Positions 1 to 9,000 of a DNA stretch of 64,000 bases are shown here, one piece after another. How positions within the stretch are numbered: position 1 is the first letter of the stretch; the number at the start of each line of letters is the position of its first letter. The notes below the pieces were generated by a model that had not been told where the DNA came from, searched no databases, and worked only from the letters and a program-made list of their open reading frames with translations. Source of the DNA: a virus (lineage: Duplodnaviria; Caudoviricetes); IMG/VR virus record IMGVR_UViG_3300021960_000017; one strand, 5' to 3'. Made by a program: the position numbers and the translations under genes.

Positions 1-87
1 TTATAAAAAAAGTCAAGGCTATCCTCACAAAACTCTTTACACAGAAGAACACTATACCCAGGAACACCTCAACCGCAAAGGTGACTA

Positions 88-780
88 ATGCTGAAGCTAA
101 CACTAGCAACCAGTCCACTACAGCCTGATAAACATTTACTGGCACAAGTTGCCTACATGTTAGACGAGGTTAATGCAGAGTATGAAGATTTTCTAGCATC
201 CAATAATGACAAAGACGATTTAGATGAGTTGCTGGAAATACTTCAGGCTAATACCGATGTAGACAATCTGGACATTGAGTGGCATATAGGACCTACAGGG
301 CATATGGCAGTTGATTGGTACATACAATCTGCACAAGTACATGGTGATGGTAGCATGGACATAGTTATTGATCCTGACAGCACAATTGGCTATTGGGGTC
401 CAAAAACTTTTAAGAAAAGTGTGCTAAAAACCGTAGCACATGAAACAATACACTTAGCACAACGAGATAGAATGGGAGCGGACAAGTACAATAGTTTACC
501 TAGTGGATATCAAAACGGTTTAAAACTGATGAAAAAAACAGGTAATAACCGTGATCTTATTAGAACTTATTTGAGAGATCCACATGAACTAATGGCACAT
601 GGTCACGATTTAGCAGAGGAAATTAAAGCAAGTAGCAATCCAGAGCAAGCATTGCGTAATCCAGAACGTTTCCGTGATGAGTTACCAGCATATGATAAGC
701 ATAGGGCTATATTTCCGCCCAATGCAAAACAACTAAAAAGATTATTAAATTATACTGCAAAATACATTCTAAATGGTTGA
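88..780 (+). CDS. hypothetical protein with HExxH zinc-metallopeptidase motif
   Basis: 230 aa ORF with VAHETIH motif and a downstream ELMAHGH. Confidence 0.55.
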   Translation: MLKLTLATSPLQPDKHLLAQVAYMLDEVNAEYEDFLASNNDKDDLDELLEILQANTDVDNLDIEWHIGPTGHMAVDWYIQSAQVHGDGSMDIVIDPDSTIGYWGPKTFKKSVLKTVAHETIHLAQRDRMGADKYNSLPSGYQNGLKLMKKTGNNRDLIRTYLRDPHELMAHGHDLAEEIKASSNPEQALRNPERFRDELPAYDKHRAIFPPNAKQLKRLLNYTAKYILNG

Positions 781-805
781 CTAAAAGTATACTTGCCTAT
801 ATAAT
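777..805 (+). promoter_or_regulatory. sigma70-like early promoter
   Basis: TTGACT-N17-TATAAT; TTGA overlaps the upstream stop codon. Confidence 0.75.
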
Positions 806-833
806 GATTAAAGTTAGAAATTGGGAGACAGTT

Positions 834-1301
834 ATGTCTGTTAAGAAGTTATTGATAGTTTGTGTTGCAGCAGTATCACTATCAGCATGTTTAAACAACA
901 GTGGCCCTAAGGGACAAATGGGCGGATTGTTGGGCGCAGGCGGCGGTGCTTTACTTGGATCACAAGTTAAGGGTAAGGCCCAGATTCCAGCCATTGTTGC
1001 AGGTACTATCCTAGGCGGCGTTCTTGGCAATAGTATCGGTAACAGCCTGGACAAGGTTGACCAAATGACCATGGCAAAGACTACCCAGCGTACTCTTGAA
1101 GTGGTTAGGGATGGCGAAACAAATACTTGGCGCAATCCTAACACTGGCAATAGCGGAACTGTAGTGCCTACACGCACATATCAATCCAACAACACTTATT
1201 GTCGTGAATTCCAGCAGACTGTCGTAGTTGGTGGTCAACAGCAGAGTGCATATGGTACAGCCTGCAGACAGCCTGACGGTACCTGGAAAATCCAAGGCTA
1301 A
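834..1301 (+). CDS. 17-kDa surface antigen-like outer-membrane lipoprotein (glycine zipper)
   Basis: Lipobox LSAC after a hydrophobic signal; GGLLGAGGG...GGVLGNSIG glycine zipper; C-terminal YCREFQQTVVVGG..AYGTACRQPDGTW. Start moved to ATG 834, after GGGAG RBS. Confidence 0.88.
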   Translation: MSVKKLLIVCVAAVSLSACLNNSGPKGQMGGLLGAGGGALLGSQVKGKAQIPAIVAGTILGGVLGNSIGNSLDKVDQMTMAKTTQRTLEVVRDGETNTWRNPNTGNSGTVVPTRTYQSNNTYCREFQQTVVVGGQQQSAYGTACRQPDGTWKIQG

Positions 1302-1307
1302 TAATAA

Positions 1308-1382
1308 TCCAGGATAGCTCAACGGCAGAGCCATCGGCTGTTAACCGATAGGTTGTAGGTTCGAATCCTACTCCTGGAGCCA
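1308..1382 (+). tRNA. tRNA-Asn(GTT)
   Basis: TCCAGGA/TCCTGGA acceptor, ATCGG-CT GTT AA-CCGAT anticodon arm, GGTTCGAATCC, encoded CCA. Confidence 0.97.
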
Positions 1383-1387
1383 ATATA

Positions 1388-1470
1388 AAGGTAAGGTTCT
1401 GTGACTTTTGACTTTAGTGTCGATGTGCGGAATCATAGTGTAAGCGAGACGGCGGGGGCTGTACACTAGC
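1388..1470 (+). ncRNA. candidate structured RNA (copy 1 of a GGCGGGGGC-loop motif)
   Basis: GC-rich intergenic tract; stems GGTTCTGT/GCGGAATC and TAGTGTA/TACACTA; shares words with 26211-26280. Confidence 0.35.
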
Positions 1471-1483
1471 ATGAGGAGATAAA

Positions 1484-2455
1484 ATGCGTATACTAGTTAC
1501 AGGTGGCATGGGTTTAATTGGCCACAATGTTGTTAAAAAATTATTAGACAGAGGTCACAAAGTATTAATTGTTGACACGATGACAAACTATGGATTCATT
1601 CCCAAAGACGAAATGAATCATCTGTTTGCAGAGCGTAGCAAAAAGATTGTAGAACAAGTCCCGCTTATCATGCTGGATATTGTGGACGATGGATTAGGCG
1701 TTCATTTCAACAGTTTTAAACCAGAACTAGTAATGCATTTGGCCAGTTTCCCAAGGCAAAAAGTTGTTAATGCTAACCCACAACTGGGTGCAAAAACAAT
1801 GTGCGAAGGACTACTTAATTTACTTGAACTCAGCGTTGCACACGGCGTAGAAAAGTTCATGTATGTAAGTTCAAGTATGGTGTATGGTGACTTTAACCAT
1901 AGTATTTCAGAAGATGAACCCTGCAATCCACAGGGACAGTATGGCATTATGAAGTACATGGGCGAAAAACTTGTAAAGGATTATGAGCGTAAAGGACACT
2001 TTAAGACACTGGTTATTCGCCCAAGTGCTGTATATGGTCCACTGGATGTTGAGGACCGTGTGATCAGCAAGTTTATACTTACAGCAATGCGTGGTGGTAC
2101 TCTTAATGTAAATGGAGAACATGAGCGTTTAGACTTTACCTATGTTGACGACACTGCTGAAGGTATGGTACAAGCAGTTACATCAGACATAACCTGGGGC
2201 AATACCTATAACATTACCAAGGGAGCAGACCATACTCTACTTGACGCTGCTAAACTTGCTATTAAAATTGTTGGCAAGGGCGATATTAGGGTGCGTCAAA
2301 AGGATGCAGACTTCCCAAGCCGTGCAGGACTTGACATTAGCAGGGCAGTAGCCGACTTTGGTTATGATCCTAAAGTCAACATAGAGACCGGATTCCAACA
2401 CTATTATGAATGGTTCTCAGAAGATGAATACTGGCAGGAAAGGTTGAAGCAATGA
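1484..2455 (+). CDS. NAD-dependent epimerase/dehydratase (extended SDR)
   Basis: TGGMGLIG Rossmann motif, SSSMVYG, catalytic YGIMK, RPSAVYGP. Confidence 0.92.
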   Translation: MRILVTGGMGLIGHNVVKKLLDRGHKVLIVDTMTNYGFIPKDEMNHLFAERSKKIVEQVPLIMLDIVDDGLGVHFNSFKPELVMHLASFPRQKVVNANPQLGAKTMCEGLLNLLELSVAHGVEKFMYVSSSMVYGDFNHSISEDEPCNPQGQYGIMKYMGEKLVKDYERKGHFKTLVIRPSAVYGPLDVEDRVISKFILTAMRGGTLNVNGEHERLDFTYVDDTAEGMVQAVTSDITWGNTYNITKGADHTLLDAAKLAIKIVGKGDIRVRQKDADFPSRAGLDISRAVADFGYDPKVNIETGFQHYYEWFSEDEYWQERLKQ

Positions 2456-2724
2456 TTACACCCGTTGACATTCAAGCAGGTAACAGTTACAGTTGCACAT
2501 TTACAGTAAATATTCCGCTGGATCGTTTTGGGCGTCCAGGCGGAATGTACAGCGCGGCAGACCTTCCTATACAACGATATGGTGACTATACAAGCACAGG
2601 CGATATTGTTGCTCGTGATTTAAATACCAAATTATTTGAAGTTCGTGATCATAAGTCAAAAAGTACATTTGTTGTAAAGTTTAATGATACGCAAGACATA
2701 AAAGAGAATGTTGGGCAGGCGTGA
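2452..2724 (+). CDS. hypothetical protein
   Basis: 90 aa ORF, ATGA-coupled to the upstream gene. Confidence 0.7.
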   Translation: MITPVDIQAGNSYSCTFTVNIPLDRFGRPGGMYSAADLPIQRYGDYTSTGDIVARDLNTKLFEVRDHKSKSTFVVKFNDTQDIKENVGQA

Positions 2725-3133
2725 CCATAGGATAATGGAGTTTGTTCGTAGGCAGGCCATTGATAACAATGGTATGTCACGGGCTAAACTGGCAGCAGCA
2801 GTTGTTGTCAAAGGTAAAATTATCAGCATAGGCATAAACCAGAAAAAGAGTCATCCCTTTCAGCGTCAGTTTGCAAAGAACAAGGAAGCAATTTTTCTAC
2901 ATGCTGAAATAATGGCTATCAAGAATAGTCTTAATCATTTAACTCCAGCAGAGTTACGACAGGCTACCCTGTACATCTACCGTGTAAAGCGTCCCACAGA
3001 TAAAAGCAAGCACTGGGTAAATGGTATTGCCAAACCCTGCAAAGGATGCATGGGTGCTATTGCAGAGTTTGATTTTAAGCGAGTAGTATACACTACAGAT
3101 AATTTGCACGAGTTTGCAGTTATCGATAACTAA
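2708..3133 (+). CDS. cytidine/dCMP deaminase-family zinc protein
   Basis: HAE and PCKGC zinc-binding motifs. Confidence 0.85.
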   Translation: MLGRRDHRIMEFVRRQAIDNNGMSRAKLAAAVVVKGKIISIGINQKKSHPFQRQFAKNKEAIFLHAEIMAIKNSLNHLTPAELRQATLYIYRVKRPTDKSKHWVNGIAKPCKGCMGAIAEFDFKRVVYTTDNLHEFAVIDN

Positions 3134-3141
3134 ATACTAGT

Positions 3142-3435
3142 ATGGACACTAGTGAACTAATTAAAAAACTTTTAGGTATTATCGACGAGTTTCAGCAGGT
3201 AAATCAGCCTGCAGACCCCAATCATTTCCGTCAGATAGAGGAATTAACTGACGATGATCGCAGTCCCTATCAGCCTGCAAATGCTCCTAATGAGCAATAC
3301 GCTGGTATTGAAAGCGTAACAACTCATGCAGGTGGAGGCGTAAATGGACCCAAACACGCCGCAGATTTGCGTACAGACAGTCCAAGTCTATACCATTATC
3401 TAACACAAGTGGAGCATGATCGTGGCCAACATTAA
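3142..3435 (+). CDS. hypothetical protein (late)
   Basis: 97 aa ORF directly after TAAATA. Confidence 0.65.
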   Translation: MDTSELIKKLLGIIDEFQQVNQPADPNHFRQIEELTDDDRSPYQPANAPNEQYAGIESVTTHAGGGVNGPKHAADLRTDSPSLYHYLTQVEHDRGQH

Positions 3436-4627
3436 CATAACATACAAAGGCCTAACAGGTATTAGAAGTGCCCTGACTATTGACGATGGACAAACAATGG
3501 CACAACTTCGTACTGCTATTATTGCTGACGAAGTATTGAGTAGTGCCTATTATGGTCGTGTAAGTTTGCACAAAAATGGATTTGTAATTGATAGCACAGA
3601 TAACGCTGCCACCACACTTGCTAGTGCCGGAATGGTAAGCGGCGATATGGCAATAGTATCTACTGCTAAACAAACAACCAAAGAGGCACAACAGGTTATG
3701 AGTTTGGCTATCGCTCAACTAAAGCGTAGAGGCGGCAACGCTGCAGATGATACAGCACCCTATTTTAGAACTTACAATACCTACGACATTAATGCTCTAA
3801 GTCTAAAGTATGCTGGTAATGTTCCTGGTAACAACGCAGAAACTTATGATCCACTACAGCCTAGACGTCCCTGGCTAACTGGTGGTGCTGGTGCAGCACC
3901 TGAAACAGTTGAAGAAGCAGTTCCACAGGCTACACTAGATAGACTACAAACTAACTACGATGCTAGTACAAACACTTATATAAAACCACCCAGTCTTTCA
4001 AGTGGCGGTACTATTACACAGTGGACGGACCAATCTGTGTTTGCACACAACCTTAACAGCGGTGGCAGTGCTAGACCAACATGGCATAGTAATGTAAAGA
4101 ATAGCAAAGGTGTACTTCGTTTCGATGGTACAAATGACTGCCTAAATATTAATCCAGTAGCATGGTTGAACAGCGTACCACAAGCAACATTCTTTATTGT
4201 ATGTAAGCCCACTGCAACAACAGGTGACAGTGTAATGGGCAGTGATCAGGGTGACCTCCGTGTGTATAGTGACACCGGTGCGTGGAAAGTTGGCATGGCT
4301 GGTGCTACAGCAGGCCAAGCAAGTGGCACAGATGCTAATATAAGTGCTGGCAGTTGGTATTATCTTACTGTTGTTTATGATGGTACAGCAGGCACAAACG
4401 CTGACAGATTAAAATTTAAAGTAAATGGTACAGCAATTACATTAAGTTACACTGGTACAGTTGGTGCAACAACTAGTGCCACTAACACAGAATTTGCTGT
4501 TGGTTGTTATAATAGCACAGAGTTCTTTGCAGGTGACATCAGTGAGGTGCTAGTTTTTGATACCCTTCTAATTACTCCTGAAATTAATGCTATTGAGAGT
4601 TACTTGGCTGCTAGATGGGCTATATAA
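3422..4627 (+). CDS. putative virion protein: N-terminal ubiquitin-like domain plus C-terminal LamG/concanavalin-like domain
   Basis: GTG start 7 nt after GGAG; C-terminus has LRFDG, WYYLTVVYDG, FFAGDISEVLVF typical of LamG folds; N-terminus matches the ubiquitin pattern by eye. Confidence 0.65.
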   Translation: MANINITYKGLTGIRSALTIDDGQTMAQLRTAIIADEVLSSAYYGRVSLHKNGFVIDSTDNAATTLASAGMVSGDMAIVSTAKQTTKEAQQVMSLAIAQLKRRGGNAADDTAPYFRTYNTYDINALSLKYAGNVPGNNAETYDPLQPRRPWLTGGAGAAPETVEEAVPQATLDRLQTNYDASTNTYIKPPSLSSGGTITQWTDQSVFAHNLNSGGSARPTWHSNVKNSKGVLRFDGTNDCLNINPVAWLNSVPQATFFIVCKPTATTGDSVMGSDQGDLRVYSDTGAWKVGMAGATAGQASGTDANISAGSWYYLTVVYDGTAGTNADRLKFKVNGTAITLSYTGTVGATTSATNTEFAVGCYNSTEFFAGDISEVLVFDTLLITPEINAIESYLAARWAI

Positions 4628-4630
4628 TCC

Positions 4631-6199
4631 ATGGCAGTAAACTCTAGAAATAACACTACCCCTTATGCACATCCACAGGAAACAAACCTTCTCAATGTGC
4701 ATAAAGCCATGCAGTATAATGGTCAGGGCCAGCCTGTACTGAGAACAGGAAGTTTTGGACCAGAAGAAAGAAGTGCATTTGGTGAACCATATGCAATCCC
4801 CCTCACTCCTATATTACAGTTAGATGCACTATACGGATTGCCCAGCACAGAGTTTCAAACCTTTAGTGCAAGCAGTGGTACAGCAACCACAGAACGAGAC
4901 ATGTTCAAAGTCAGCACTGGCACCAGTGTTGGTGGCTATGGAGTTATTCGCAGTAGACGACTAGCACGATACAGACCTGGACAAGGCATGATGGCTAGAT
5001 TTACTGCTAGTTTTACAACGCCGGTTGCTGGAACTACACAACGAGCAGGATTCTTTGCACAGGAACAAGCACTTCAGATTGGTTTTGACGGAACACGATT
5101 TGGCATACTTAGACAAAATGATGGCAAAGCAGAACTGCGTGTGCTTACACTGTCAGCAGGTGCAAGTGGTGCTGGCGAAACAGCAACCATAACTGTAAAC
5201 GGTACAAGTTACACAGTGGCTCTAACAAACAGTAGTATAGAACAAAATGCCGCAGAAATCGCTGCCGCAGGTGCTACAGGTTATGTACTGGATCAAGAAG
5301 CCGGCAGTGTATACTTTTTTGCCGCAAGCAACGGTCCACAGACGGGCACATTTAGTTTTAGTAGCACAGGCAACGCCGCCGGCACATTCAGTCAACAACA
5401 AGCAGGCGTGGCAGATACCAACAACTGGATATATCAAGAAGATTTTAACATTGATAAACTGGATGGCACTGGATCTAGTGGCGTCAATATAGACTTTACT
5501 AAACTTAACATTTACCAAATCAGTTTCCGCTGGTTAGGAGCAGGCGAGATGCGATTTAGCATTGAAAATCCCGACACCGGCGATATGATGTTTTTCCATC
5601 ACATACACTACAGCAATCGCAACACTGATGTTAGTTTAGACAACCCTAGCTTTAGATTGGGATATATTGCGGCTAACCTATCAGCCAGTACTATTCCAGA
5701 TCTTGTGGTGCGTGGTGGCAGTATGGCAGCATTTAACGAAGGTGTAGTAAAAGATGTAGCATACTCTAGTTCAATCTCATCCAGTAAAAGTTCACTGGGC
5801 AGTAATACCTGGCATCACATATTGACCATTAGAAATCCATTGGTATTCAAAAACAAAGTTAATCTAAGAAATGTGATCCTTGAAAGAATAAGCATGGCGT
5901 TTCAGGGCAATGATCCACTCGAAGTAGCACTAATATTGGATGGCACACCCAGTACAACTTTATTCTATAATGGCGTAGACCTAACTGATACTATAAGCAG
6001 TTACTACAGTACCACTGACGCAACATTTACAAACCCTATTACAAGATTTAGAAGTATTGTTAACATCAACGGTAGCATTAATCTAGATATTAAAATATTG
6101 AGCATGGTTATACCTCCGCAGTGCGGAATAAGTCTAGCAGTTAGAAGTACCCAGACTATTAGTAAAGTAACGGCTGCACTAGTCTGGAACGAAATCTAA
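4631..6199 (+). CDS. putative virion structural protein (beta-rich)
   Basis: 522 aa, G/S/T-rich, follows the LamG protein in the same late unit. Confidence 0.55.
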   Translation: MAVNSRNNTTPYAHPQETNLLNVHKAMQYNGQGQPVLRTGSFGPEERSAFGEPYAIPLTPILQLDALYGLPSTEFQTFSASSGTATTERDMFKVSTGTSVGGYGVIRSRRLARYRPGQGMMARFTASFTTPVAGTTQRAGFFAQEQALQIGFDGTRFGILRQNDGKAELRVLTLSAGASGAGETATITVNGTSYTVALTNSSIEQNAAEIAAAGATGYVLDQEAGSVYFFAASNGPQTGTFSFSSTGNAAGTFSQQQAGVADTNNWIYQEDFNIDKLDGTGSSGVNIDFTKLNIYQISFRWLGAGEMRFSIENPDTGDMMFFHHIHYSNRNTDVSLDNPSFRLGYIAANLSASTIPDLVVRGGSMAAFNEGVVKDVAYSSSISSSKSSLGSNTWHHILTIRNPLVFKNKVNLRNVILERISMAFQGNDPLEVALILDGTPSTTLFYNGVDLTDTISSYYSTTDATFTNPITRFRSIVNINGSINLDIKILSMVIPPQCGISLAVRSTQTISKVTAALVWNEI

Positions 6200-6201
6200 A
6201 C

Positions 6202-6231
6202 TTGACAAGCAAGTAAAAAAGGTAGTATAAT
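6202..6231 (+). promoter_or_regulatory. sigma70-like promoter
   Basis: TTGACA-N18-TATAAT, 6 nt before ATG 6238. Confidence 0.6.
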
Positions 6232-6237
6232 AAAGGT

Positions 6238-7992
6238 ATGTTTTTAGGGATTCTTACATTACTGGTTGCTCTGTTCATTTCAGGTATTGCAGCCTATTAT
6301 AGTATTATTGGTTTGACTGCTATTTTTGCAGCAGCATTTATACCCATTGTTCTTATGGGTAGTGTGTTAGAGGTTGGTAAGATTTTAACAACTGTTTGGC
6401 TGCATCAAAACTGGCAACGAGCTCCCAGAATTATCCGCGGTTATTTGACTATAGCAGTTATAGTACTCATGTTCATTACAAGCATGGGTGTGTTTGGCTT
6501 TTTAAGTAAGAGTCATATTGAACAGGCAAGTGTTGGTGTAGAACAGCGAGCCCTTAGTGATAGTATTGATGAAAAGATTATTCGTAGCCAAGCAAAAATA
6601 GAACGCTGGGCTGAGGAAATAAAACGTCTTAACACAGGTGGTGATAGCACTCGTATTGATGGTTTGATTGCCAGAGAGCAACAACGCATCAAGGATGCAA
6701 ATGAAAGACTTGTACCACAGATTGATGCTGAAAATGCAAAGATACCTGGCCTAAGACAGCAAGCACAAAGAGAAATTGGTCAACAAGAAAAGCGTTTAGT
6801 TGATGCTCAAAAACGAGCAGAGGCAAGCATTAAAGTTGCACAGGATGAACTTACACGATTAGACGCAGATGTTGAAGCATATACTAAACAGGGCACAACT
6901 GGGTCCGGCGGATTTTTTGGTGGTAAAACTGATAATGTTGCCAAGGGTGCTGAACTACGCAAAAACCAAAAGCCAGAGCGTGATAAACTACAAGCAGACA
7001 TAGATGCAGCAAAAGCAAACGAACTTGCTATTGCAAGTAAGGTGCAGGCCGAAATAAGAGACATTAACAGTCGTTTGGCTACTAGCATTAAAGCAGTTGA
7101 AGCAAGAATTGTAGATATACGCAAGAGTATTGATCCTACCGTTAAACAGGCTAATGATAACATTGCTCGCTATACACTCGAAGCAGGCAATGCTAACAAA
7201 GGTGTAGATACTCGTATCTCTGAAATTGAAAAACTAATAGAAGCAGAGCAGCCTATTATTGATAAACTACGTGAAGAAAAGTTAGTATTTGAGAAAAAGT
7301 ACAGACAGTTTGAAGCAGAGGTTGGCCCAGTTAAATATATTGCTGAACTTATATATGGCACTACCACAGACAAAACGCTGTTAGAAGAAGCAGTGCGTTG
7401 GGTGATAATTATTATAGTAGCAGTTTTTGATCCACTTGCTGTCTGTCTTGTTCTTGCTGGTACAATGACCATAGGCTGGGCCAGACAAGAACGCAAGAAA
7501 AACATTAAAAAAAAGATAGTAAGAGTTGACGACCCTAGATTAGAGGAATTAGAAATGAAACTAGACCAACATAACGACATTCTCAGTGAACTTGAGAGAC
7601 TACTAGATGATAATCTAGGCAAAATGGATCCTGCAGAGTATGCAAAACTCAAAGCAGAATATGACAGCATGGTTGCAGAGCGTGACACACTTGCAGCAGC
7701 ACTTGAAGAAGCAAAAGCAGAGTCAGATGGTCTAGTTGACAAAGTAGTTGCTACTGAAGCAGAGCGTGATGCACTAGCAAAAAGATTAGATGATGTTGCA
7801 GCAGGTAGCAGTGCATTTGAAAAGCGTATTGAAGAATTACTAAAGCGTATAGCAGATCTAGAAGCAGAAGTTGAACGCCGTGATGCAGTGGTGCTTAAAA
7901 TGGCAGAGAAGTATCAGTTAGTTGAAAAAGACAGTTTTGGTGATGATTTAGTTGCAGCCGCTAACGGGCAGCAGACAGAAGCAAAAAACTAA
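6238..7992 (+). CDS. membrane protein with N-terminal TM helices and long coiled coils
   Basis: Three N-terminal hydrophobic segments, a coiled coil, an internal TM (WVIIIIVAVFDPLAVCLVLAG), then a second coiled coil. Confidence 0.85.
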   Translation: MFLGILTLLVALFISGIAAYYSIIGLTAIFAAAFIPIVLMGSVLEVGKILTTVWLHQNWQRAPRIIRGYLTIAVIVLMFITSMGVFGFLSKSHIEQASVGVEQRALSDSIDEKIIRSQAKIERWAEEIKRLNTGGDSTRIDGLIAREQQRIKDANERLVPQIDAENAKIPGLRQQAQREIGQQEKRLVDAQKRAEASIKVAQDELTRLDADVEAYTKQGTTGSGGFFGGKTDNVAKGAELRKNQKPERDKLQADIDAAKANELAIASKVQAEIRDINSRLATSIKAVEARIVDIRKSIDPTVKQANDNIARYTLEAGNANKGVDTRISEIEKLIEAEQPIIDKLREEKLVFEKKYRQFEAEVGPVKYIAELIYGTTTDKTLLEEAVRWVIIIIVAVFDPLAVCLVLAGTMTIGWARQERKKNIKKKIVRVDDPRLEELEMKLDQHNDILSELERLLDDNLGKMDPAEYAKLKAEYDSMVAERDTLAAALEEAKAESDGLVDKVVATEAERDALAKRLDDVAAGSSAFEKRIEELLKRIADLEAEVERRDAVVLKMAEKYQLVEKDSFGDDLVAAANGQQTEAKN

Positions 7993-8026
7993 TTCAGGTC
8001 TCTGTTGCAGAAACCATCAGGGACCT
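7983..8026 (+). other. predicted -1 programmed ribosomal frameshift signal
   Basis: A_AAA_AAC heptamer (7983-7989) just before TAA, 6-nt spacer, 9-bp stem AGGTCTCTG/CAGGGACCT; the -1 frame is open 7965-8306. Confidence 0.72.
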
Positions 8027-8042
8027 TGACTTACCAGCAGGT

Positions 8043-8306
8043 GTGAATATAGACTTTGGTACTGTTTTTACTCAGTATCCAGACAAAGGCGATTTGTTTA
8101 TTAGAGTAGATGTATTACCAAACAGGTTGTTTAGATACACTGGCGATAAGTGGATAGAAATACCCAAAACACGCACTACTAGTTATTTGGGCAATGAAGA
8201 ATATATCAAGCATATTTTAAATGATATAAGTGCAGGAAAAATAAAACTTGAAGATCTTACTGAAGATGAACAGGAAGAAATACAAAAGTTTTTAGGCAAT
8301 GAGTAA
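8043..8306 (+). CDS. hypothetical protein; probably the C-terminal frameshift extension of 6238-7992
   Basis: Frame open from 7965, weak RBS, KGDLFIRVD..RLFRYTGDKWIE motif. Confidence 0.75.
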   Translation: MNIDFGTVFTQYPDKGDLFIRVDVLPNRLFRYTGDKWIEIPKTRTTSYLGNEEYIKHILNDISAGKIKLEDLTEDEQEEIQKFLGNE

Positions 8307-8661
8307 ATTTACGATTGTAACATCGCCGGATTATTATTTTATGGACCAACCAAGTATTCTTAGTTACGGGTTGGATATCAATAATGAAAGAGTTTGCAAC
8401 TACATAAATGATGTAGATGTAGATGTAACAGTATACTTGGGAACACCAAGTTCAGATTTAAACTGGTTAATCAATGTTTCTAGGAGCGTTGATTATATAC
8501 TGTTAAATACTAATGTAGATATGTTAGTTACTGGTTTGTTAATTGACAAACCCAACACATACTACTATAATAATATCATTAACTTTGATATTTTAAATAA
8601 ACAACAAATCGAAGATCCAGTTGCATTTTTGATTAGTTGGCTGAACAAACTAGAGGTATAA
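8299..8661 (+). CDS. hypothetical protein
   Basis: 120 aa ORF overlapping the upstream gene. Confidence 0.7.
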   Translation: MSKFTIVTSPDYYFMDQPSILSYGLDINNERVCNYINDVDVDVTVYLGTPSSDLNWLINVSRSVDYILLNTNVDMLVTGLLIDKPNTYYYNNIINFDILNKQQIEDPVAFLISWLNKLEV

Positions 8662-8883
8662 ATGCCAGATAGACAACCACGTGGTCTTACAGTACAAGTC
8701 CACAATAATAATGTTAACAAGGCGTGGCGTCGCCTTAAGAAAATGATCCAAGAAGATGGATTATTTCAAGAATTAAAAGAGCGTGAACATTTCACAAAGC
8801 CTAGCGCAAAACGCAGGAAAGAACGTGATATGGCTCGTAAACGCTGGCTTAAGAAAAAGCGTGAAATAGAAATGAACTGGTAA
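8662..8883 (+). CDS. rpsU: ribosomal protein bS21
   Basis: VQVHNNNVNKAWRRLKK...ELKEREHFTKPSAKRR signature. Confidence 0.93.
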   Translation: MPDRQPRGLTVQVHNNNVNKAWRRLKKMIQEDGLFQELKEREHFTKPSAKRRKERDMARKRWLKKKREIEMNW

Positions 8884-8889
8884 AAAAAG

Positions 8890-8917
8890 TTGACATTTCT
8901 TGTATAGAGTGTATAAT
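8890..8917 (+). promoter_or_regulatory. sigma70-like promoter upstream of hsp20, followed by late TAAATA motifs
   Basis: TTGACA-N16-TATAAT, then GATAAATAAAT. Confidence 0.7.
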
Positions 8918-9000
8918 ACACAGATAAATAAATTTAGAAGATGCCGTGAATTCGGGTCTTCTTTAAAATGTAAATTCTTGCTTAATAAAGGAGAAATGCA

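Noticed and set aside
1168-1383. Minus-strand ORF MAPGVGFEPTT...
   Set aside because: It is the antisense reading of tRNA-Asn; the same applies to 27444-27698, 44029-44361 and 52082-52273
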